Below, piece after piece: positions 17,486 to 22,161 of a DNA stretch of 22,161 bases. Numbering within the stretch: position 1 is the first letter of the stretch; each line of letters starts with the position of its first letter. Source of the stretch: Thalassobaculaceae bacterium (GTDB lineage Bacteria; Pseudomonadota; Alphaproteobacteria; Thalassobaculales; Thalassobaculaceae); the NCBI GenBank assembly GCA_965228875.1, contig OZ245843.1:4942616-4964776 (forward strand), given 5' to 3'. A model generated the notes under the pieces. It saw nothing but the letters and a program-made list of their open reading frames with translations. It searched no databases and was not told the origin of the DNA. The position numbers and the translations under genes are program-made.

Positions 17486-18085
17486 ATGACCGATCCCATC
17501 TTCGATCCGGACGAACTGAGCCGCGCCAAGGCCGAGCTGCGCCGCCGCATGCGCCGCGAGCGCGAGGTCATGGCCGGCGAGGCGGCGGATGCCGCCAACC
17601 GCCTGGCGCTGACCCTGTCGGCGGCGATCGCGCCGTCGGCCGGCACCGTGGTCTCCGGCTACTGGCCGATGCGCGACGAGATCGACCCGCGGCCCTGCCT
17701 GACCGCGTTATGGACCGCCGGCTGCCGGATCGCCCTGCCGACGGTGCCGGATGACGGTCAGGCGCTGATCTTCCGCGAGTGGGAGCCGGACGAGGAACTG
17801 GTGCCGGGGCCGTTCGGCACCTCCGAGCCGGCGGCCGAGGCCGAGGTCGTGTACCCGAGCCTGCTGCTCGTGCCGCTGCTCGCCTTCGACCGGCGCGGCC
17901 GGCGTCTCGGCTACGGCGGCGGCTACTACGACCGCACGCTGGCCGCCCTGCGCGAGTGGCAGACGGTGCAGGCGATCGGCGTCGCCTATGCCGGACAGGA
18001 GATCGACGCGGTGCCCGCCGGGCCGCACGACGCGCTGCTGAACGGCGTCGTCACCGAAGCCGGCTTCATCGAAATCGTGGAGTAG
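17486..18085 (+). CDS. ygfA: 5-formyltetrahydrofolate cyclo-ligase
   Basis: KAELRRRM, SGYWPMRDEID, LLVPLLAFDRRGRRLGYGGGYYDRTL, HDALLNGVVTE. Start ATG 17486 (or GTG 17483). Confidence 0.93.
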   Translation: MTDPIFDPDELSRAKAELRRRMRREREVMAGEAADAANRLALTLSAAIAPSAGTVVSGYWPMRDEIDPRPCLTALWTAGCRIALPTVPDDGQALIFREWEPDEELVPGPFGTSEPAAEAEVVYPSLLLVPLLAFDRRGRRLGYGGGYYDRTLAALREWQTVQAIGVAYAGQEIDAVPAGPHDALLNGVVTEAGFIEIVE

Positions 18086-18088
18086 AGC

Positions 18089-18904
18089 GTGCGCCTGCTG
18101 TTTCTCGGCGACATCGTCGGACGGTCCGGCCGCGAGGCTGTGATCCATCATCTCCCGGCGCTGATGCGCGACCTCGACACCGACTTCGTCGTCGTCAACG
18201 GCGAGAACTCGGCCCATGGCTTCGGCATCACCGCCAAGATCTGCGCCGAGCTGTACGACGCCGGCGTCGACGTCATCACCACCGGCAACCACGTCTGGGA
18301 CCAGCGCGAGATCCTCGACGCCATCGCCGAGGACGACCGGCTGGTACGCCCGATCAACTTCCCCGCCGGCACGCCGGGCAAGGGGGCGGTGGTGCACGAG
18401 ACCCGCGACGGCCGCCGGGTGCTGGTGGTCAACGTCATGTGCCGGCTGTTCATGGACCCGCTGGACGACCCGTTCGCGGCGGTGGAGAAGGCGATCGACG
18501 GCCTGGCGCTGGGCGGCGAGGTCGACTTCATCCTGATCGACGTGCATGGCGAGGCGACCAGCGAGAAGATGGCCTTCGGCCACGCCTTCGACGGCCGGGT
18601 CTCGCTGGTGGTCGGCACCCACACCCACGTGCCGACCGCCGACACCATGGTGCTGGCCAACGGCACCGCCTACCAGAGCGACGCCGGCATGTGCGGCGAT
18701 TACGACAGCGTGATCGGCATGAAGAAGGACTACCCGGTCCGGCGCTTCACCACCAAGCTCCCCACCCCGCGCCTGGAGGCGGCCGACGGCGAGGCGACGG
18801 TCTGCGGCATCTTCGTGGTGACCGACGACCGCACCGGCCTGGCGATCAGCGCCGAACCGCTCCGCGTCGGCGGCCTGCTGGCGGAGACCATGCCGGTGGG
18901 GTGA
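18089..18904 (+). CDS. YmdB-like (TIGR00282) metallophosphoesterase
   Basis: LFLGDIVG, VNGENSAHGFG, TTGNHVWD, RPINFP, DVHGEATSEK, GTHTHVPTAD, DAGMCG. Confidence 0.92.
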   Translation: MRLLFLGDIVGRSGREAVIHHLPALMRDLDTDFVVVNGENSAHGFGITAKICAELYDAGVDVITTGNHVWDQREILDAIAEDDRLVRPINFPAGTPGKGAVVHETRDGRRVLVVNVMCRLFMDPLDDPFAAVEKAIDGLALGGEVDFILIDVHGEATSEKMAFGHAFDGRVSLVVGTHTHVPTADTMVLANGTAYQSDAGMCGDYDSVIGMKKDYPVRRFTTKLPTPRLEAADGEATVCGIFVVTDDRTGLAISAEPLRVGGLLAETMPVG

Positions 18905-18953
18905 GGGGGCAAAGCCCCGTCCATCTCCTCCTCTTCCTCCTCGTGCCCCCAAT

Positions 18954-19232
18954 CCGTCATCCCGGTTTGCCCCGGCCCTGAGCCGGGGGAAGACCGGGAT
19001 CCGGTCCCGCATCGGCCCCTGGATCCCGGATAGCGCTGTCGCGCTTCCGGGACGTCGGAGTGGTTGGAGGCGGCTCCAGTCATCACGCCTCGCCCTCTCG
19101 CCGCTCCCCTTCGCCCTCTTCGACTTCCCGGACGGCCCTGGAGTCGAACCAAGGACGATCCGGGTTCAGCTAGGTCTCATTCCAGCTCTGATTCCGGGCC
19201 GCGACCTTCGCTTCGGTCCGCCGGGATGACGG
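18954..19232. repeat. Cluster of CGTC-type palindromic (REP-like) repeats
   Basis: Perfect 12-bp outer inverted repeat CCGTCATCCCGG (18954-18965) / CCGGGATGACGG (19221-19232). Inner hairpin units ATCCCGG...CCGGGATCC (18959-19002) and GGATCCCGGA...TCCGGGA (19021-19052), plus a decayed second pair. Confidence 0.78.
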
Positions 19233-19423
19233 CGCAGCGAGTTGGGGCGTTGCCCGCTTCCCCGTTCCCGCCCCGCCCTCGCCTGTGCTAAACCCCGGCG
19301 CGGCGTCGGCGGGGTGCTCCCGCGGGTGCCGCGGCGGACGGGTGATACCGTGCGTCGAACCCCTACATCTGGTATAGAGAGACGATTCGCGCCACGAACG
19401 GTCGCGAGCGGGAGCGTTTGGAT

Positions 19424-20173
19424 ATGGCCGGTCATTCCCAGTTCAAGAACATCATGTACCGCAAGGGCGCGCAGGATAAGAAGCGCGCCAAGGTCTTCAC
19501 CCGCCTGACGCGCGAGATCCAGGTCGCGGCGAAGATGGGCGGCGAGGATCCGGGCTCGAACCCGGCGCTGCGCACCGCGATCGCGGCCGCGCGCAAGGAG
19601 AACATGCCGAAGGACAATATCGAGCGCGCGATCAAGAAGGGCTCCGGCGGCGGCGACGACAACAACTTCGAGAACGTGCGCTACGAGGGCTACGGCCCCG
19701 GCGGCGTGGCGATGATCGTCGACGCGCTGACCGACAACCGCAACCGCACCGCCTCCGAGGTGCGTGCCGCCTTCTCCAAGTTCGGCGGCAACCTCGGCGA
19801 GACCAACTCGGTGTCCTTCATGTTCAACCGGGTCGGCCAGATCGTCTATCCGGCCGAGGTCGGCAGCGCCGACGACGTGCTGGAGGCGGCGATCGAGGCC
19901 GGGGCGGAGAACGCGGAGTCGAGCGAGACCGAGCACGAGATCACCTGCCCGGTGGAGGACTTCAACACCGTGCGCGAGGCGCTGGAGGCGGCGCTGGGCG
20001 AGCCGCAGTCGGCGGGGCTGACCTGGAAGCCGCTGAACACCGTGGCGGTGGACGAGGACCAGGCGGGCACGCTGATCAAGCTGTTCGACACCTTGGACGA
20101 CAATGACGACGTGCAGCAGGTCTCGGCGAATTTCGACATCGCCGACGACGTGATGGCGAAACTGTCCGCCTGA
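19424..20173 (+). CDS. yebC: YebC/PmpR (TACO1) family protein
   Basis: [57 protein letters not shown]. Confidence 0.96.
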   Translation: MAGHSQFKNIMYRKGAQDKKRAKVFTRLTREIQVAAKMGGEDPGSNPALRTAIAAARKENMPKDNIERAIKKGSGGGDDNNFENVRYEGYGPGGVAMIVDALTDNRNRTASEVRAAFSKFGGNLGETNSVSFMFNRVGQIVYPAEVGSADDVLEAAIEAGAENAESSETEHEITCPVEDFNTVREALEAALGEPQSAGLTWKPLNTVAVDEDQAGTLIKLFDTLDDNDDVQQVSANFDIADDVMAKLSA

Positions 20174-20230
20174 CCCCGTTCGGGGCCCGTCCGGCCCAGA
20201 ACGCCGGGTGGCGGCACAACGGAGACGCGC

Positions 20231-20842
20231 ATGCGGCTGATCGGGCTCGATCCCGGCCTCAGGAACACCGGTTGGGGGGTGATCGAGACCGACGGCGTGC
20301 GCCTGCGCCATGTCGCCGACGGTACCGTGCATTCCGACGGCAAGGCCGATATCGCCACCCGCCTGGTGCAGCTCTACGACGCGATCCTGGAACTGATCGA
20401 CAGTCACCGTCCGGATGAGGCCGCGGTCGAGGAGACCTTCGTCAACCGCAACCCCGAGAGCACCCTGAAGCTCGGACTGGCGCGCGGCGTCGTGCTGCTG
20501 GCGCCGGCCAAGGCCGGGCTGCGGGTCGCGGAATACGCGCCCAAACGGGTCAAGAAGGCGGTGGTGGGCACCGGCAGCGCCGACAAGGAGCAGGTGCAGG
20601 CGATGATCGCCACGCTGCTGCCGGGGGCCAGGATCACCAGCCCGGACGCCGCCGACGCGCTGGCCGTCGCGGTCTGCCATGCCCACTACGTCCAGTCCCG
20701 CGCCGCCTTCGGTCAGTCGGCCGGCGTCGCGGCGCGCAAGACCGGGGCGGTGACGGACATGGCGCCGGGGCTGGAGCGGGCGATCGCCGCCGCCCTGGCC
20801 AAGGAAGCGGCGGCCAAGGAGACGGCGGGAGGCGAGTCATGA
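20231..20842 (+). CDS. ruvC: Holliday junction resolvase RuvC
   Basis: [60 protein letters not shown]. Confidence 0.96.
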   Translation: MRLIGLDPGLRNTGWGVIETDGVRLRHVADGTVHSDGKADIATRLVQLYDAILELIDSHRPDEAAVEETFVNRNPESTLKLGLARGVVLLAPAKAGLRVAEYAPKRVKKAVVGTGSADKEQVQAMIATLLPGARITSPDAADALAVAVCHAHYVQSRAAFGQSAGVAARKTGAVTDMAPGLERAIAAALAKEAAAKETAGGES

Positions 20843-21462
20843 TCGCGCGGCTCAAGGGGATCCTCGACGGGGTCGGCGACGGTCAGGCGGTGATCGACGT
20901 GAACGGCGTCGGCTACCTGATCTTCTGCTCCGGGCGCACGCTGAGCGCGCTCGGCTCGGTCGGCGAGGCGGTTTCGGTCGAGGTGGAGACCCACGTCCGC
21001 GAGGATCACATCCACCTCTACGGCTTCGCCGCCGGATCGGAGAAGGCGGCGTTCAAGATGCTGCAGACGGTGCAGGGGGTCGGCGCCAAGCATGCGCTGT
21101 CGGTCCTGACGGTGCTGTCGCCGGACGAGCTGTTCACCGCCATCGCGGCCCAGGACCGCACGATGCTGACCCGCGCCGACGGCGTCGGGCCGAAGCTTGC
21201 GACCCGCATCGTCAACGAGTTGAAGGACAAGACGGTCAACGTTGCGCTCGGGATCGCCGCCGACGCGCCGGCCGCGGCCCGCACCGCCGCGGTCAAGGCG
21301 GCGGGCGACGACCGGCTCGGCGACGCGGTCTCGGCCCTGGTCAATCTCGGCTACGGCCGGGCGGAGGCCTATGGCGCGGTGCAGGCGGCCCAGGCGGCGC
21401 TCGGCGCCGATGCCGGTCTCGACAGGCTCATCACCGGCGGGCTGAAGGAGCTGGCCGGGTGA
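20839..21462 (+). CDS. ruvA: Holliday junction branch-migration protein RuvA
   Basis: [25 protein letters not shown], HhH motifs VQGVGAK and [22 protein letters not shown] overlap with ruvC. Confidence 0.96.
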   Translation: MIARLKGILDGVGDGQAVIDVNGVGYLIFCSGRTLSALGSVGEAVSVEVETHVREDHIHLYGFAAGSEKAAFKMLQTVQGVGAKHALSVLTVLSPDELFTAIAAQDRTMLTRADGVGPKLATRIVNELKDKTVNVALGIAADAPAAARTAAVKAAGDDRLGDAVSALVNLGYGRAEAYGAVQAAQAALGADAGLDRLITGGLKELAG

Positions 21463-22161
21463 GCGGCGACTGGGACGACGACGCGGAGGATGGCGCCGAC
21501 CGCCTGATCGATGGCGAGCGCCGCCCCGAGGACATGGGCGAGACGACGCTGCGCCCGCAGACCCTCGACGACTTCACCGGCCAGAAGAAGGTCCGCGAGA
21601 ACCTGAAGGTGTTCATCGACGCCGCCCGCGGCCGGGGCGAGGCGCTGGACCACGTGCTGCTGTTCGGCCCGCCGGGGCTCGGCAAGACCACCCTGGCGCA
21701 GATCGTCGCCCGCGAGCTTGGCGTGAACTTCCGCGCCACGTCCGGGCCGGTGATCGCCAAGGCCGGCGACCTGGCGGCGCTTCTGACCAATCTGCAGCCG
21801 CGCGACGTGCTGTTCATCGACGAGATTCACCGCCTTAATCCTGCCGTAGAGGAAGTGCTGTATCCCGCCATGGAGGATTTTCAGCTCGACCTCATCATCG
21901 GCGAAGGCCCGGCGGCGCGGTCGATCCGGATCGATCTGGCGCCGTTCACGCTGGTCGCGGCGACGACGCGCTCCGGGCTGATCACCACGCCGCTGCGCGA
22001 ACGGTTCGGCATCCCGCTGCGCCTGCAGTTCTACGAGCCGGAGGAGCTGACGCGCATCGTCAAGCGCGGCGCCGACCTGCTGGATTTCGGGCTGACCGAG
22101 GACGGGGCCGGCGAGATCGCGCGGCGCGCCCGCGGCACGCCGCGGGTCGCCGGCCGTCTGT
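21459..22161 (+). CDS. ruvB: Holliday junction ATPase RuvB, 3' truncated (absent from the ORF track)
   Basis: Translated by hand from GTG 21459 (GTGA overlap with ruvA): [12 protein letters not shown], Walker [10 protein letters not shown], Walker [33 protein letters not shown]. Confidence 0.96.
   Translation, partial: MSGDWDDDAEDGADRLIDGERRPEDMGETTLRPQTLDDFTGQKKVRENLKVFIDAARGRGEALDHVLLFGPPGLGKTTLAQIVARELGVNFRATSGPVIAKAGDLAALLTNLQPRDVLFIDEIHRLNPAVEEVLYPAMEDFQLDLIIGEGPAARSIRIDLAPFTLVAATTRSGLITTPLRERFGIPLRLQFYEPEELTRIVKRGADLLDFGLTEDGAGEIARRARGTPRVAGRL

Noticed and set aside
18905..19423. CRISPR array or small CDS in the long intergenic region
   Set aside because: The repeats are inverted and irregular, with no constant repeat-spacer period and no cas genes; the short ORFs lack an SD and coding-like composition.

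Overview
A high-GC (roughly 70% by eye) chromosomal core region of an alphaproteobacterium; gene content and order suggest Rhodospirillales, which is an inference. In order: argD (5' truncated)-argF-hslO-Tat-type lipoprotein; a convergent small heat-shock gene (ibpA) with an RpoH-type promoter and a ROSE RNA thermometer; an RcdA/DUF1465 gene; then a long mostly minus-strand run read leftwards as tkt-gap-fbaB-thiE, an opposed orphan ORF, and efp-suhB-Pro-rich OmpA-domain protein-MotA/TolQ/ExbB-like gene-MotB-like gene-rpmE; then plus-strand DUF4164/ZauP-like-zapA-6S RNA-5-formyl-THF cyclo-ligase-YmdB-like phosphoesterase, a CGTC-type REP cluster, and yebC-ruvC-ruvA-ruvB (3' truncated). I see no integrase, transposase, phage gene or CRISPR array. 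The best candidate for an undescribed system is the ion-motor-like module at 5043-9325: a MotA-like channel, a MotB-like partner with a proline-free stalk of about 490 aa, and a secreted poly-Pro OmpA-domain protein, with no flagellar, Ton, Tol or Zorya partner genes beside it. All family calls are by motif recognition, not database search.
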